Shown here one piece after another: positions 39,165 to 53,132 of a stretch of 64,000 bases of DNA. This DNA is from Vulcanimicrobiota bacterium (GTDB lineage: Bacteria > Vulcanimicrobiota > Vulcanimicrobiia > Vulcanimicrobiales > Vulcanimicrobiaceae). The notes beneath the pieces were generated by a model that was not told where the DNA came from, did not search any database, and saw only the letters and a list, made by a program, of their open reading frames with translations. Within the stretch, counting starts at the first letter, position 1. Every line of letters starts with the position of its first letter. Both the position numbers and the translations under genes were made by a program. The DNA is taken from NCBI GenBank assembly GCA_963795855.1, contig CAWCIZ010000004.1:160001-224000 (forward strand), written 5' to 3'.

Positions 39165-39752
39165 TTGGATGATGCAAACGTCGTCCAACGCCGCTCGTTA
39201 AACGGAAGCCGCTCGGACTGTGAACCGCTGGCGCAAATTCCCGCGTGGTGGAGCGGATTTCTCTTTCACGTCCTCAATCCGCGGCAGCTCAGCATGTACA
39301 CCTATCTCATCATGCTTTCCGACGAGCGCGGGGTGTGCCATCCGACCATCGAGCAAATCCGCAAAGATCTCGGTCTGCTCAGCACCACGATGGTGTTCGA
39401 GTCCATCGCGGTTCTCGAGGAATACGGTTTCTTCGTGCGCTCGCGCGAAAGTTTGCCCGAGTCGCGCTCGCGGCGCAACGTCTATCGCCGGACCGCCTGC
39501 GAGTACACCGTTCTGCGTTTGCTCGAACTGAACAAGCTCGACGGGTACCTCTCGCCGGTGGGCAGCGGTGCGCCGGCTTCGAGCGACTCCCGTCAATTGG
39601 TGGAGTCGGGCCTGCGTGAAATGCTCGGCGAGAACTTCGAACGCTACGCGCGCGCTAACGAGTCCGACAAGCGCGACGTGCTGGTGACGGTGCTCAACGA
39701 GCACCTTCGCAAGCGCTCCGCCGGCATTTACGCGTTTATCTCGCAGCCGTAA
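39165..39752 (+). CDS. Winged-helix (HTH_36-like) DNA-binding protein
   Basis: [29 protein letters not shown]...LEEYGFF...RNVY pattern; start uncertain (39108 or 39165). Confidence 0.7.
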   Translation: MDDANVVQRRSLNGSRSDCEPLAQIPAWWSGFLFHVLNPRQLSMYTYLIMLSDERGVCHPTIEQIRKDLGLLSTTMVFESIAVLEEYGFFVRSRESLPESRSRRNVYRRTACEYTVLRLLELNKLDGYLSPVGSGAPASSDSRQLVESGLREMLGENFERYARANESDKRDVLVTVLNEHLRKRSAGIYAFISQP

Positions 39753-40812
39753 TCGTAGCCGCGCCCAACACCTCGTCGCCACCGCCATCGAAGAGCGCAA
39801 CGAGTTGTCCCGGAGACACGGCGCGCATCGGATGCTCGAACTCCAGCTCCAACGAATCGCCGCGGACGGCCGCAAGCGCGCGCACCGCAGCCGCGCGATA
39901 GCGCACCATCGCGAGCACCGGAACCCGCTCCGCGACGAAGCGCTCGGGCCGGATGAGATTCACGTCGTTCGCCGACAGCGCGGCTGCGTCCAGGTCTTCT
40001 TCGCGCCCGATCACCACGGTGTTCGTCACCCCATCGATGCGAGTGACGTAGCGCGGTCCGCCGCCCGCCGGCGGCAAGCCTTGACGTTGACCGATCGTGA
40101 AGTTTGAAATGCCGGCGTGCATTCCCGCGTGCACCCCGTCGGTGGTAACGATCGTGCCGGGTTTTTCCGGCTCCGGCCGGATGCGTGCCAGCACGTCGCG
40201 GTAGTCGCCGCCTTCGACGAAGCAGATGTCTTGCGATTCGGTCTTGTCATGCACGGGCAAACCCATGCGCCGCGCGTGCGCTCGCGTCGTCGACTTGTCG
40301 AACTCGCCGAGCGGCAGCAGCAAGCGCGACAGCTGTTCGGGCGCGAGCTGCGCAAGCGCGTACGCCTGATCCTTCGCGTGCGTTCCGCGGAACAGGTGCG
40401 AGCCGTCGGCGCGATGTTCGATGCGCGCGTAATGTCCGGTTGCGACGTACGGCGCACCGACCGACTCGGCATACTTCGCGAGCGTTCCCAGTTTGACGAA
40501 GTTATTGCAGGACACGCACGGGTTGGGCGTGCGCCCGTTGGCGTAGTCGTCTGCGAAGCGTTCGATGACGCTTCGACGAAACGTTTCCTCGAAATTCAGC
40601 ACGTAATGCGGAATGCCGAGCGCGGCCGCGCTGCGCCGTGCATCGTCAAAATCGTCGATGCCGCAGCAGCTCTTCGCGTGCGCGGGTTTCGTCGGCGAGT
40701 ACATCTTCATCGTCACGCCGATGACGTCGTAGCCGGCTTCTTTGAGCAGACCTGCGGCAACGGCGGAGTCGACGCCGCCGCTCATCGCGGCGACAACGCG
40801 AGTCTTTCCCAT
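39736..40812 (-). CDS. mnmA: tRNA 2-thiouridylase
   Basis: [33 protein letters not shown]. Confidence 0.96.
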   Translation of the reverse strand: MGKTRVVAAMSGGVDSAVAAGLLKEAGYDVIGVTMKMYSPTKPAHAKSCCGIDDFDDARRSAAALGIPHYVLNFEETFRRSVIERFADDYANGRTPNPCVSCNNFVKLGTLAKYAESVGAPYVATGHYARIEHRADGSHLFRGTHAKDQAYALAQLAPEQLSRLLLPLGEFDKSTTRAHARRMGLPVHDKTESQDICFVEGGDYRDVLARIRPEPEKPGTIVTTDGVHAGMHAGISNFTIGQRQGLPPAGGGPRYVTRIDGVTNTVVIGREEDLDAAALSANDVNLIRPERFVAERVPVLAMVRYRAAAVRALAAVRGDSLELEFEHPMRAVSPGQLVALFDGGGDEVLGAATITAAR

Positions 40813-40861
40813 GGGTTTGCAGGGACAGGATAACAGGACGGGGGCGCAAACAGAAGCTCCA

Positions 40862-41608
40862 ATGTCGCTGGGAGAACGTTTCCGCGCCGCGCGAGACGAG
40901 CGCGGCCTGACGCTTTCTGACGTCGCGGAGCAGGTGCGGATCCGCTCGGTGTACCTGGCGGCAATAGAAGAAGAGCATTGGAAAGCGATCGGGGCTCCGG
41001 TGTATACCCGGGGCTTTTTAAGAACCTACGCCCGGTTCTTGGGTCTCGATCCGGAGGATGCGGTCGCGCAATTCAATGCGCTCCAAGGCGCCGCGCCCAG
41101 CACGCCGGCCGCGCCGGCTGCGGCGCGGTTTGAGAGGCGCTCCCAAGGCGGCGGCAGCCTGGCACCCCTGATATGGGTGGGTGGCATCATCGCCGTCGCG
41201 CTCATCGCTTTCGTTATTTACCTCGCGGTCACGCCGCCCAGGGCCGGCCGGCAAACGGCTTCCAACCTCGCCGCACAGCCGACCGCCCCGTCCCTGGCGA
41301 ACGGCGGTGCGACCGCCATCCCCGCCACGGCGATGCCCTCAGGCATAAGTTCGGCTTCCCCGTCTCCCTTGCCCGAAGCCCAGACGCTGGCCATTCACCT
41401 CACGGCCCCTTCTTGGCTCAGGGTCACCGTTGACGGCAATGTTAGTATTGAGGGTACGTTTCCGGCCGGCACTACAAAAAGTTTTCACGGCAAAAGCGCG
41501 CTGGTCCGAGTAGGCAATGCCGGCGGCGTTGAAATCACCGTGGACGGCAAAGCCGTCGGCAAACTCGGCGGCGCCGGCGACGTCGCGGAAAAAGCCTTCA
41601 CACTCTAG
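40862..41608 (+). CDS. rodZ: Cell-shape protein RodZ (HTH, TM, DUF4115)
   Basis: [27 protein letters not shown] helix, SWLRV...GNAGGV. Confidence 0.88.
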   Translation: MSLGERFRAARDERGLTLSDVAEQVRIRSVYLAAIEEEHWKAIGAPVYTRGFLRTYARFLGLDPEDAVAQFNALQGAAPSTPAAPAAARFERRSQGGGSLAPLIWVGGIIAVALIAFVIYLAVTPPRAGRQTASNLAAQPTAPSLANGGATAIPATAMPSGISSASPSPLPEAQTLAIHLTAPSWLRVTVDGNVSIEGTFPAGTTKSFHGKSALVRVGNAGGVEITVDGKAVGKLGGAGDVAEKAFTL

Positions 41609-41617
41609 GAGTCGACA

Positions 41618-42112
41618 TTGGCGAGCGAGTCGTCTTTTGACGTTGTGTCGAAAATCGACCAGCAAGAACTGGATAACGCGCTGAATCAGGCCCGCAAAGA
41701 AATTGCCGGGCGTTTTGACTTCAAGAACAGCAAGACCGACGTCGCGTACGACGGCAAGAAACTCATCACGGTCATCTCCGATGACGAATTGAAGATGAAG
41801 AACGTGATGGACATCATTCAGTCGAAGGCCGTGAAACGCGGCATAGACATCAAAGCCTTCGATTTCGGCACGCTCGAGCCGGCCTCGCAAAATACCGTGC
41901 GGCAGACGATTACGCTCAAGAGCGGTATTCCGAAAGACAAAAGCAAGACGCTGATGGAAGCGATCAAGGCGCTCAAACTCAAGGTCGCCGCACAATATCA
42001 GGACGAGCAGATACGCATTTCAGGCAAAAGCCGGGACGATCTGCAGAAAGTGATCTCACACCTCAAGTCCATGGATTACGAATTGCCACTGCAATTCGTA
42101 AATTATAGATGA
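41618..42112 (+). CDS. yajQ: YajQ family nucleotide/c-di-GMP-binding protein
   Basis: SFDVVS, RFDFK, GKSRDDLQ, PLQFVNYR. Confidence 0.94.
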   Translation: MASESSFDVVSKIDQQELDNALNQARKEIAGRFDFKNSKTDVAYDGKKLITVISDDELKMKNVMDIIQSKAVKRGIDIKAFDFGTLEPASQNTVRQTITLKSGIPKDKSKTLMEAIKALKLKVAAQYQDEQIRISGKSRDDLQKVISHLKSMDYELPLQFVNYR

Positions 42113-43533
42113 TGGGTCTGCGTTTGCCGTCGCGCGCCCTCAGGGAGGGTGCGCCGTTAAGAACGGTCTCGTTCGTTTCCCTCGGGTGCGCCAAGAATTT
42201 GGTCGACACGGAGGTGATGATGGCAAAACTCGGCAGTGCCGGCTGGCAACTGAGCGGCAATCCGGAACAAGCGGATACCGTCGTCGTCAACACCTGCGCA
42301 TTTATCGATCCCGCCAAATCGGAATCCACGGACGCGATCATGGAACAGGCGCAGCGCAAGCGCCCCGATCAGCAGCTGATCGTTGCAGGGTGTTTGGCGC
42401 AGCGGTACGGGGATCAGCTGCAGGCGCTCGTACCGGAGATCGACGCCGTGGTCGGTACCGGCGCGTATGCCGGCATCGTGGAATTGCTCGAAGACGCGCG
42501 CGCCGGGCATCACCCCGTACGGCTTCAGTTCGACGCCGAACCGGAACACGATTTCCTGCCGCGTCTGGTCACGACGCCGCGCGCCACGGCGTATTTGAAA
42601 ATCGCGGAGGGCTGCGATCACCCGTGCACGTTCTGCATCATTCCGCAGTTGCGCGGAAAGTTTCGAAGCCGCAGCGAGGAGTCGATTCTCAAGGAGGCGC
42701 GCGCGCTTGCAGCGTCGGGAACCAAAGAGCTCGTTCTCATTGCGCAGGATACGTCCATGTGGGGACGCGATCGCGGCTTTCGGCGCGGCGGGTTGGCGCA
42801 TCTGCTCGAGCGTCTTCACGAGATCGACGGCATCGAGTGGATTCGGCTGCTGTACTTGTATCCGGCGACCGTCGATAGCGAACTGATCGACGCCATGGCG
42901 CGTTTACCGAAGGTCTGCAAGTACATGGACATGCCGCTCCAACATGCGCATGCCGACGTGCTGCGCGGGATGCTGCGTCCGAGCAACGGGGAACGCTACC
43001 TCGAGATTCTCGAAGACTTCCGGGAGCGCATACCTGACGTGACGATGCGATCCACGTTCATCGTCGGCTTTCCCGGTGAAACGGAAGAGCACGTCGCGTA
43101 CCTGGAAGAGTGGATCGCTCGCGCGCGGCTGGATCGCGTCGGCTTCTTCGAATATAGCCGTGAAGAAGGTACGCCGAGCGCGCAGCTCGGCGCACAAGTG
43201 GCGCCGTCCGAAAAACGCCGCCGGCTGGCGCGTTTGCGCGAGGCGCAGCGCTTGGCCTCCGAACGCGCGCGCGCAGGCCGTCTTGGGTCGCAGGTTCGCG
43301 TTCTCGTCGAAGAGCGGCGTTCGCTGCGAAAGACCGATCCGATACGCGAAGCGTTCGGCGCTGCCGCCGCGTGGTTCGGCAGGTCCATGGGCGAGGCTCC
43401 CGGCGTCGACGGCGGAATCTATTTCACCGGAGACGCGCATCCGGGAGAATTCGTTCAGGTCACGCTGGACGGCAACGGCCCGTTCGACTTTTTCGGGCGC
43501 ATAACGGCGAAGGACGTGGTGAGCGTTGGATAA
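42109..43533 (+). CDS. rimO: Ribosomal protein S12 methylthiotransferase
   Basis: SLGCAKNLVD, NTCAFI, GCDHPCTFCIIP, TRAM domain with APGVDG; start uncertain. Confidence 0.93.
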   Translation: MMGLRLPSRALREGAPLRTVSFVSLGCAKNLVDTEVMMAKLGSAGWQLSGNPEQADTVVVNTCAFIDPAKSESTDAIMEQAQRKRPDQQLIVAGCLAQRYGDQLQALVPEIDAVVGTGAYAGIVELLEDARAGHHPVRLQFDAEPEHDFLPRLVTTPRATAYLKIAEGCDHPCTFCIIPQLRGKFRSRSEESILKEARALAASGTKELVLIAQDTSMWGRDRGFRRGGLAHLLERLHEIDGIEWIRLLYLYPATVDSELIDAMARLPKVCKYMDMPLQHAHADVLRGMLRPSNGERYLEILEDFRERIPDVTMRSTFIVGFPGETEEHVAYLEEWIARARLDRVGFFEYSREEGTPSAQLGAQVAPSEKRRRLARLREAQRLASERARAGRLGSQVRVLVEERRSLRKTDPIREAFGAAAAWFGRSMGEAPGVDGGIYFTGDAHPGEFVQVTLDGNGPFDFFGRITAKDVVSVG

Positions 43534-44917
43534 GCATTTGGCTCCGGACCAACATTCCGAGAGGCACTCGAAGGCGCCGCGCGTCGCATTGATAATTGCC
43601 GCTATCCTCGTGCTTGGCTTCGTTTCGGTGGTTGCCGGGTTCTCGGTCGCGTTTCATCGCACGCCGCTCGAGATCATGACGGGTCAGATCGCGCCGTCGC
43701 CGCAAGAACTCTTCGGAAAAGATCACCTTCTGGTTCTCGCCGAAGGCCTGGACTACGATTACAACGACAAGGACGAAGAGTATTCGACGCAATCGCGCAG
43801 CGACGTCATCAAGGCGATCAACCTCGACTTCCGCACGCACAAGGCGTACATACTTTCGATTCCGCGCGACATGGACGTCGTGCTGCCCAATGGGAATGAG
43901 GCCAAAATAAATCAGGCCCAGTCGGACGGCGGCGTCAAAGAGGCCCAGGCAGTCATCGCGCGCTTCCTGGGCGTACCCGGATTCGATCGCTACGTCGTCC
44001 TGCGCATCAACACGACGAAGGATCTCATCAATGCCATCGGCGGCGTAGATCTGTACGTCAAGAGTTCCGACTGCCTGATGAATCACGCCGGATGTACCGG
44101 CGAACGCATCGATTACGACGACAACTGGGGCCATTTGCACATTCATTTCGCCGAAGGCATGCAGCACATGAACGGCGATCAGGCCGTCGCGTACGCGCGT
44201 TTCCGGCATGACTGGTGCAGCGACCCCTGCCGGATCATGCGACAGGATCAAGTCATGCAGGCCGCGGTCCAGAAGATTCGCAGCGATAAGTTCAATACGC
44301 TCATGCACGTGAGCGATCTTATCGACGTTTTCCGCCGCGACGTGCAAACGAATCTGACGCAGCCCGAAGAGTTGGCGCTGGCGACTTCGTTCGCGGATAT
44401 GCCGAAGAACGGCTTGGTAACGGCCACCGCGCCGACGCTGGGAGACAAAGAACTGACCTATGCCGGCGACGTACTCGTGCCGGACCAGACCGGAATCGCG
44501 CAGGACGTTCAAAACATGCTGCTCAACCCGCCCGTTCCCACGCCGTCGCCGGATGCTGCGGCGGTAGCGGCGATCGATCCTTTGAGCGTTCGCGTCGACG
44601 TCGAGAACGGCACGCCGGTTCCCGGCGCCGCTCGCCGCGTTGCGAATCTGCTCGAGCAAAAGGGATTCTCGATCGGACGCGTCGGCAATGCAGACCGGGA
44701 AGACGTCGCAACGACGGAACTGCGCGAACATTCGCACATTACGTTTGCCGGTTTGCGCGTACGCAGCGCGCTGGGCAAAACTGCGCCGAACGCGCAAGTC
44801 GTCGCGGATTCGCAGACGCCGGCGCCCGATCCCTCGGCGTCTCCGAGCGACGTAACGGTGATCGTCGGACAAGACCTCGCCGCGGCGGTGATGCAGCAGG
44901 CCTCGACCCAGCCGTGA
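43526..44917 (+). CDS. LCP (LytR-CpsA-Psr) protein with LytR_C domain
   Basis: RSD, SIPRD, YARFRHD...D..RIMRQ; C-terminal VENGT...DVTVIVGQD. Confidence 0.9.
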   Translation: MDKHLAPDQHSERHSKAPRVALIIAAILVLGFVSVVAGFSVAFHRTPLEIMTGQIAPSPQELFGKDHLLVLAEGLDYDYNDKDEEYSTQSRSDVIKAINLDFRTHKAYILSIPRDMDVVLPNGNEAKINQAQSDGGVKEAQAVIARFLGVPGFDRYVVLRINTTKDLINAIGGVDLYVKSSDCLMNHAGCTGERIDYDDNWGHLHIHFAEGMQHMNGDQAVAYARFRHDWCSDPCRIMRQDQVMQAAVQKIRSDKFNTLMHVSDLIDVFRRDVQTNLTQPEELALATSFADMPKNGLVTATAPTLGDKELTYAGDVLVPDQTGIAQDVQNMLLNPPVPTPSPDAAAVAAIDPLSVRVDVENGTPVPGAARRVANLLEQKGFSIGRVGNADREDVATTELREHSHITFAGLRVRSALGKTAPNAQVVADSQTPAPDPSASPSDVTVIVGQDLAAAVMQQASTQP

Positions 44918-45735
44918 AACGTTCGCGCTGGTTCGCAGCCGCGATCGTCGCGATCGCGCTGCTGTCGTATGCCGGATATCGCTTCGTCAAGCATGAGGGG
45001 GCGCAGCAGCCCGCCATCGTCACGCCGCGTATGGACGCACAGGAAGCGATCTCGCCGTCCTTCAGCGGGCACATCAAGCGCCTCCTTCGCGAACGCGTCA
45101 CGTACGCCGATCGTTCGCATCGGCCGCGGCTGATTGCGCTGACGTTCGATGACGGGCCATATCCGATTTTCACGCCGCTGCTTCTGGAACAGCTGCAGCG
45201 CCTGCACGTGCACGCGACGTTCTTTTTAATAGGCCGTGACGCGGAGCAGTGGCCCGAACTCGCCGAGCGAATCGAAAACGCGGGAAATGAGATCGCCGAT
45301 CATACGTATACGCATCCGAATTTGGATGAAGAGTCGCCCGCGCAGGTGCGTGAAGAGATCGTGAAGGGCCGCGACGTCCTCTACGCGATCGCGCACGACC
45401 CGTCGGTGCGCGAATACTTTCGGCCGCCGCACGGACGCTATACGGTCCAAACCATCCAAGTCGCGCAGAAGCTCGGCTACCATACGATTCTTTGGACGGA
45501 CGACGCGGGGGACTGGCGAACGGTGAGCGCCGCCGTGCTGCGCAACCACGTCGAGCGCTTCGCGACGGCGCCGGACATCGTACTGCTGCACAGCGGGCGG
45601 TTGGCGACCATCGATATGCTGCCGCAGGTCGTGGCCCGGTTTCAGGCCGCCGGCTACCGGTTCGTCACGGTGGCGCAGATGCTCGCCGCGGTCACGCCGG
45701 CCGAACTGAACCACCCCGCCAAACATTCCGTTTAA
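44914..45735 (+). CDS. Polysaccharide deacetylase (CE4/NodB)
   Basis: ALTFDDGP, HTYTH, FRPPHG, IVLLH. Confidence 0.93.
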   Translation: MKRSRWFAAAIVAIALLSYAGYRFVKHEGAQQPAIVTPRMDAQEAISPSFSGHIKRLLRERVTYADRSHRPRLIALTFDDGPYPIFTPLLLEQLQRLHVHATFFLIGRDAEQWPELAERIENAGNEIADHTYTHPNLDEESPAQVREEIVKGRDVLYAIAHDPSVREYFRPPHGRYTVQTIQVAQKLGYHTILWTDDAGDWRTVSAAVLRNHVERFATAPDIVLLHSGRLATIDMLPQVVARFQAAGYRFVTVAQMLAAVTPAELNHPAKHSV

Positions 45736-45744
45736 GGAGCAGCG

Positions 45745-45957
45745 ATGCCCAGACAGATCATCGACACGGAGTCGAGCCGTCCGCAGTACGTCCGCCGCTT
45801 GGTCGTGATCTGGGTAATACTGGCCGTCGTCGTGGTGATTCTCGTATTCGCCGCCATCGCCGTATACGGCCGGTTTGCCCAGCCCGCGCATCCGCGCGCC
45901 GTTCCGAGCGCCGCCGTTCAACCGATGCTTTCCTCGCCGAAGCCTCCAGGAAAGTAG
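45745..45957 (+). CDS. Small single-TM hypothetical protein
   Basis: TAAGGAG RBS; one long hydrophobic helix. Confidence 0.6.
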   Translation: MPRQIIDTESSRPQYVRRLVVIWVILAVVVVILVFAAIAVYGRFAQPAHPRAVPSAAVQPMLSSPKPPGK

Positions 45958-46001
45958 ATCGCCGTGCGTGTATCCTGGCAACCGTCACGTAAGGAGAATC
46001 C

Positions 46002-47126
46002 ATGCTGCGTCGCCTGACCATCGGACTGTTTACTCTTGCTTTCGCTGCGGCGATTGCGGCATGCAGTTCCGGCAATACGACCGTCCCGTCCAGCGGCGGC
46101 GTCCCGGGCGTCGGCCCGAACCTCACGACCAATACGATTTACGTGAGCGACACGACGCAAAACGCTATCGACATGTATACGCCCTCGCCCGGCCCGAGCG
46201 CGACCCCGCTTTACGCGATCGGGGGATCGAATACCACGTTGAACGGGCCGGCGTATCTTGCGTTCGACTCCTCGAAGCGGCTCTACGTCTCGAACTTCAG
46301 CGCCGCGACGCAGCAGTCGTCCGTGCTGGTGTTCCAAACGTTCGCTACCGGGAACGTCCTGCCGTTCGGAACCGTAGCGCTGACGACGGGCGCACAGCCG
46401 CACGGCGTCGCGGTTCTTCCGAACGGTGAAATTGCGGTCGCGGTTACGCAACCCGGTGCGTTTTTTTCGAACGCTCTGCAGATTTACAGTCCGCTGGTTT
46501 CGGGGACGACGTTCCTCGCAACGACGATTGCGGGAAGCAACACCGGACTAAGCAATCCCATCGGAGTCGCGGCCGACTCCAAGAACGGCGTGTACGCCGC
46601 AAACAGCGGCAATGCGACCATCACCGTATATGCGGCGCCGACGCCCCCCACGCCGACGACGTCGCCCAGCGCGACGCCCTCGCCGACTCCGACGGCGACG
46701 TCAACCGCTTCGGGAAGTCCGTCGCCCTCGCCGACTCCGGCTTCGGTGAACTTGGCTCCGTCCTCGACGATTACGTGTTCCTGCTTCAACAAACCAACGG
46801 GCTTGGGAATCGATTCGGCGGGCGACTTGCTCGTAACCGATCCCGGCGTGCCGGCCGTATACGTCTTTACGGCAGCGCAGATCGCTCCGGGCGGCGCACT
46901 CGCGCTGACCCCTTCGCGTACGATTTCCGGCGCGGCGACGTTGCTCGCCGATCCTACGGACGTGAAAACCGATAGCGCCGGCACGATCTACGTCGTAGAC
47001 GCGGGAACCGGTCCGAACACCAGTAAACTCCTGATCTTCTCGGCCGCCGCGAACGGTAACGTCGCGCCCGGCACTGCGATTGCGTTGCCGCCGGGCACCG
47101 CGACGGGGTTGGCGCTATCTCCATAA
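46002..47126 (+). CDS. NHL-repeat beta-propeller lipoprotein with Pro/Thr/Ser insert
   Basis: AAGGAG RBS; lipobox IAAC; repeats LNGPAYLAFDS, LSNPIGVAADS, FNKPTGLGIDS, LADPTDVKTDS. Confidence 0.85.
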   Translation: MLRRLTIGLFTLAFAAAIAACSSGNTTVPSSGGVPGVGPNLTTNTIYVSDTTQNAIDMYTPSPGPSATPLYAIGGSNTTLNGPAYLAFDSSKRLYVSNFSAATQQSSVLVFQTFATGNVLPFGTVALTTGAQPHGVAVLPNGEIAVAVTQPGAFFSNALQIYSPLVSGTTFLATTIAGSNTGLSNPIGVAADSKNGVYAANSGNATITVYAAPTPPTPTTSPSATPSPTPTATSTASGSPSPSPTPASVNLAPSSTITCSCFNKPTGLGIDSAGDLLVTDPGVPAVYVFTAAQIAPGGALALTPSRTISGAATLLADPTDVKTDSAGTIYVVDAGTGPNTSKLLIFSAAANGNVAPGTAIALPPGTATGLALSP

Positions 47127-49315
47127 GCAACGCGCCGTCGCGAGCGGCAGCCGACCGTTTTGCCCTGCTGACGCGTCTGCCTTCCCTCGGATCGCTCGAG
47201 GAAAAAAGCCGCGCACTCGCCGAGGCGGCCCATGCAACGACGGCGTGCACTCGCACGACCGTCGTCGTCTTTACCGACGATCATTGGCAGTACGCTTGCG
47301 CTCCCGATGCCGGCGGATTTACGCTGCGGGAAAGCACGCGCGGTTTGCGGCGGCTTTTTTTGCCGGCGCTGGCAAAATTTGCGATTCCCGGCGGATTTTA
47401 CGTCCCGCACGATGCCGCGCGATCGCTAGCGGCAATTACCGATTATCATGCATCGGCGGATTTGCTCGTCGTGCCGCTCGAAACGGCCGATGCGCTCGTC
47501 GGCGCGCTCGTGTTCGACGTCGCCGAGCGCATGCCGGATGAAGCGCTGCGCGATCTTCGCGTTTTCGCGGACGTTGCCGCGTGGATGATCGCGCACGAAC
47601 GGGAGGTTTCGGCGGCGGAACGCGAAGCCAAACAAAGCGCGCTGCTCGCGCTCATCAACGAGCGCGCGCGCAGAACGCTCGATCGCCGGAGCATTCTCCA
47701 GTCGGTCGCAGAGGACGTGCGAGAAGCCTTCGGCTGCGTTCGCTGCGCGATCTTCGGGCGCGACGCGCATGCTCCGGAGCTCGCGAGCGCGATCGCGAAT
47801 GCAGAGTCCGCCGATGCGAAAACCGCGCTGCCCGGGTCCGTGCTGTTGGCCGATACTTGGCTCGAGCGCGCGTTTGCCGGATCGGTCGTCGGCCGCGACC
47901 GGATTACCGAGGATAATCCGCGGGACGCCTTCTTGCGCATCTTGGAAATCGGCTCGTCGCTGATGGTACCGCTCATCATCGACGGAAAAGTCGAGAACGC
48001 GATCGTCCTCCACTTCGCCCAGTCGAATGCGTTCGACGAGATCGACATGGTGATGCTGCGTTCCGTCGCCTCGCAGGTAGGACTCGCGCTGGCGAACGTG
48101 CGGCTCTACGATTTGGAGCGCCTGCGGCGCACACGTGCGGAATCGCTCGAACGCATCGTGCGCATGCTGCGGGACACGCAGACCATCGAAGAAGTGCTGC
48201 TCGTCTTCGCCGTAACGGTTTCGCACGAAGTGAAGCTCACGTGCGCGGTCTACGAAATCGAGGGCGCGACGGCGATACGCCGCGCGCTGCGCGCGGTCGA
48301 TTCGGCCCGCGGCGGCCTTCCGCCGCGCGCGGATCTTGCGCAGATCCTGCCCGTACTCGAGCGCGAGGACATCGTTCAGAGTGCGGCTATGGCGCAAGCG
48401 ACGCGCCACTTATTTTTTGCCGGGAACGAAGGCGTTCTCGCCACGCTTCGACTCGACGGGAACCTGTGGGGCCTAATCGCTTTCTCCGCGGCACCGGGCG
48501 CATACGATTGGACCGACGCCGAGCGCCGCGTGTACTTCCACATGCTCGCATCGCATCTCGAACTCGCGCTCTCGGGCGCGCTCGGTTTCGAGCGAATTCA
48601 ACAGCTCGCGCGTGCGCTCTCCGAGAGCAACGAATTCAAGGACGATCTGCTCGCGATGCTGGCGCACGACTTCAAAGGCCCGCTCACCGTTATTCACGGG
48701 TACTGCGAGCTGCTGCTCGAAAACGCGCCGCGGCAGATGCACGAGGAGATACAAACGATCTATTCGCAGACCAAGCGGCTCGTGCGACTGGCGGAGGACG
48801 CCGTTGCGCTCGCGCAAACGCAGGCGGGCGGCTTTGCTCTCGATCTGACAGCGCTGGATCTGCGCGAAATGGTGGCGGAAAGCGTCAAGGCGCATAATCG
48901 CGGCGAAGATCGCATCAAGCTCGCCATTCCGACGCAGGCCGTAACCGTTTTGCTCGATCCGGCGCGGTTCAACCACGTGCTCGACAACCTTGTGATGAAC
49001 GCGCTCAAGTATTCGCAAGACGAAGTGCGAGTGCAGGTTACTCGCGGCGAAGCCAATGCGACGATCGCGATAAGCGACCGGGGGATCGGCATCCCCGCCT
49101 CCGAACTCGGCACGGTCTTCTCGCGGTTCGGGCGAGCGAGCAATGCCCGGCGTAAAGGCATCTCGGGTTCCGGCGTCGGCCTCTACGTCAGCCGGAAGAT
49201 CGTCGAAACGCACGGCGGCAGCATTGCCGTTCAATCGACGGAAAGCGAAGGGAGCACCTTTACGGTGACGCTTCCGCTTGCCGAACGCGTTTCGGCGGAG
49301 CAACCTTCAGTCTAA
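47123..49315 (+). CDS. Multi-GAF sensor histidine kinase
   Basis: H-box [24 protein letters not shown]; the reading frame stays open upstream of the first canonical start (47345) back to the NHL gene stop. Confidence 0.88.
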   Translation: MSNAPSRAAADRFALLTRLPSLGSLEEKSRALAEAAHATTACTRTTVVVFTDDHWQYACAPDAGGFTLRESTRGLRRLFLPALAKFAIPGGFYVPHDAARSLAAITDYHASADLLVVPLETADALVGALVFDVAERMPDEALRDLRVFADVAAWMIAHEREVSAAEREAKQSALLALINERARRTLDRRSILQSVAEDVREAFGCVRCAIFGRDAHAPELASAIANAESADAKTALPGSVLLADTWLERAFAGSVVGRDRITEDNPRDAFLRILEIGSSLMVPLIIDGKVENAIVLHFAQSNAFDEIDMVMLRSVASQVGLALANVRLYDLERLRRTRAESLERIVRMLRDTQTIEEVLLVFAVTVSHEVKLTCAVYEIEGATAIRRALRAVDSARGGLPPRADLAQILPVLEREDIVQSAAMAQATRHLFFAGNEGVLATLRLDGNLWGLIAFSAAPGAYDWTDAERRVYFHMLASHLELALSGALGFERIQQLARALSESNEFKDDLLAMLAHDFKGPLTVIHGYCELLLENAPRQMHEEIQTIYSQTKRLVRLAEDAVALAQTQAGGFALDLTALDLREMVAESVKAHNRGEDRIKLAIPTQAVTVLLDPARFNHVLDNLVMNALKYSQDEVRVQVTRGEANATIAISDRGIGIPASELGTVFSRFGRASNARRKGISGSGVGLYVSRKIVETHGGSIAVQSTESEGSTFTVTLPLAERVSAEQPSV

Positions 49316-49337
49316 GCGAACGGTAGAATACAACGAT

Positions 49338-51926
<2,589 letters not shown>

Positions 51927-51966
51927 CCGCAGCCTAGGGACTTTCGGGAAAGAAGCCTGACCGATA

Positions 51967-51994
51967 GGCGGTTCCGTAAGGAGCCGCCGCTTTC
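51967..51994 (+). terminator. Hairpin after secA (probable terminator)
   Basis: GGCGGTTCC-GTAA-GGAGCCGCC followed by GCTTTC. Confidence 0.55.
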
Positions 51995-52007
51995 ATAGCA
52001 TGGCGGT

Positions 52008-53132
52008 ATGAGAGTTCTCGGAGCAGTGCTCGTGGGGCTGTTCGCGCTGGCCGTGGCGCTTACGTCGGTCCTCAAGCATCCAACGTATACGCCGGACGGC
52101 ATCGTTTACGCCCGCTTTGCGGCGCGCGACGCGGGATATTCGCAGCGCGATGCGACGCTCTCGGCGCGAGCGTTTTACGATCGCACGGCAATGATGCAAA
52201 ATCCTCGGTACCGCGCGCTGATCGAACTCGATCCGTCCGTTTCCTTTGCGCGCTCGAAAGTCTTCGAGAACCGGGTTCTCTATCCGTGGGTCGTCGGCAT
52301 GGCGCTGCGCGCGGCCGGATTCCGCGCGCTGTTTCTGGTGAACGCCGCGGCATATATTCTTTTCGGTTTAGCGCTGTTTTGGATGCTCGGGGCGTTCAGG
52401 CGTCCCGCGTTCGCGTTTGTTCTCTCGCTCGTCGCCCTGATGCTGCCGCTGGTTCGCGGCGTGGCGGCCAGCGATCTGACCGACATGCTCGCGATGCTTT
52501 TCTGGGCCGTCGCGCTCGGTGCTCTGCTGCGCCTTTCACGCGAATCGCGCGCTCCCATGCTTGCAACTCTCGCGATTGCTTCGGCTTTGTTGGCGCTAAC
52601 GCGGCCGACACCGTATCTCGTCGTCCTGCCCGCGCTGGTGCTCGGCATCGTTCGCACCTCCTGGACGCCGCTGCTCGCATCGCTCGGCGGCGTCGTTGCG
52701 TTCGGAATCGTAGCGTTCGCGACGCACGCGTACGGTATCGTGGAGCAATTGCATTGGGTGTACGATCATCGTCCTGAAACCTCGAACGCGTCGTTTACTG
52801 CGTGGTACCGCGGCGCGCTCGGCGCAACGGTTCGGTACACGCTCGTCGAAACGGTGCGCACCGTTATTCCGCTGGTCATGATCGTATGCGCCGCATTCGG
52901 TCTGCGTCGAGCCGACACGCGGGCCCAGATGGCGGTTCTCGCCGCGGCGGCAATCGCGTGTTTGATCGCGATTCCGTTCAATCCGGTGCCGTCTTCGCTG
53001 GCCCGTGTCGTCGGGCTGCCGCTGATTCCGGTGTTCTGCGCCATCGCTCAGTGCGTAGCCGAAGCGCTTTTGCTGCAGCGAGCGGTGAAGGCGCCGCTCG
53101 AAGCGGCGCCTGAAGCAGTCGTGCCGGGTTAA
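52008..53132 (+). CDS. Polytopic membrane protein, GT-C-fold glycosyltransferase-like
   Basis: TPDGIVY in the first loop, LTD and LTRP motifs, about 10 TMs. Confidence 0.65.
   Translation: MRVLGAVLVGLFALAVALTSVLKHPTYTPDGIVYARFAARDAGYSQRDATLSARAFYDRTAMMQNPRYRALIELDPSVSFARSKVFENRVLYPWVVGMALRAAGFRALFLVNAAAYILFGLALFWMLGAFRRPAFAFVLSLVALMLPLVRGVAASDLTDMLAMLFWAVALGALLRLSRESRAPMLATLAIASALLALTRPTPYLVVLPALVLGIVRTSWTPLLASLGGVVAFGIVAFATHAYGIVEQLHWVYDHRPETSNASFTAWYRGALGATVRYTLVETVRTVIPLVMIVCAAFGLRRADTRAQMAVLAAAAIACLIAIPFNPVPSSLARVVGLPLIPVFCAIAQCVAEALLLQRAVKAPLEAAPEAVVPG

Noticed and set aside
46635..46745. Repetitive DNA within the NHL gene
   Set aside because: Explained by a Pro/Thr/Ser linker in the protein.
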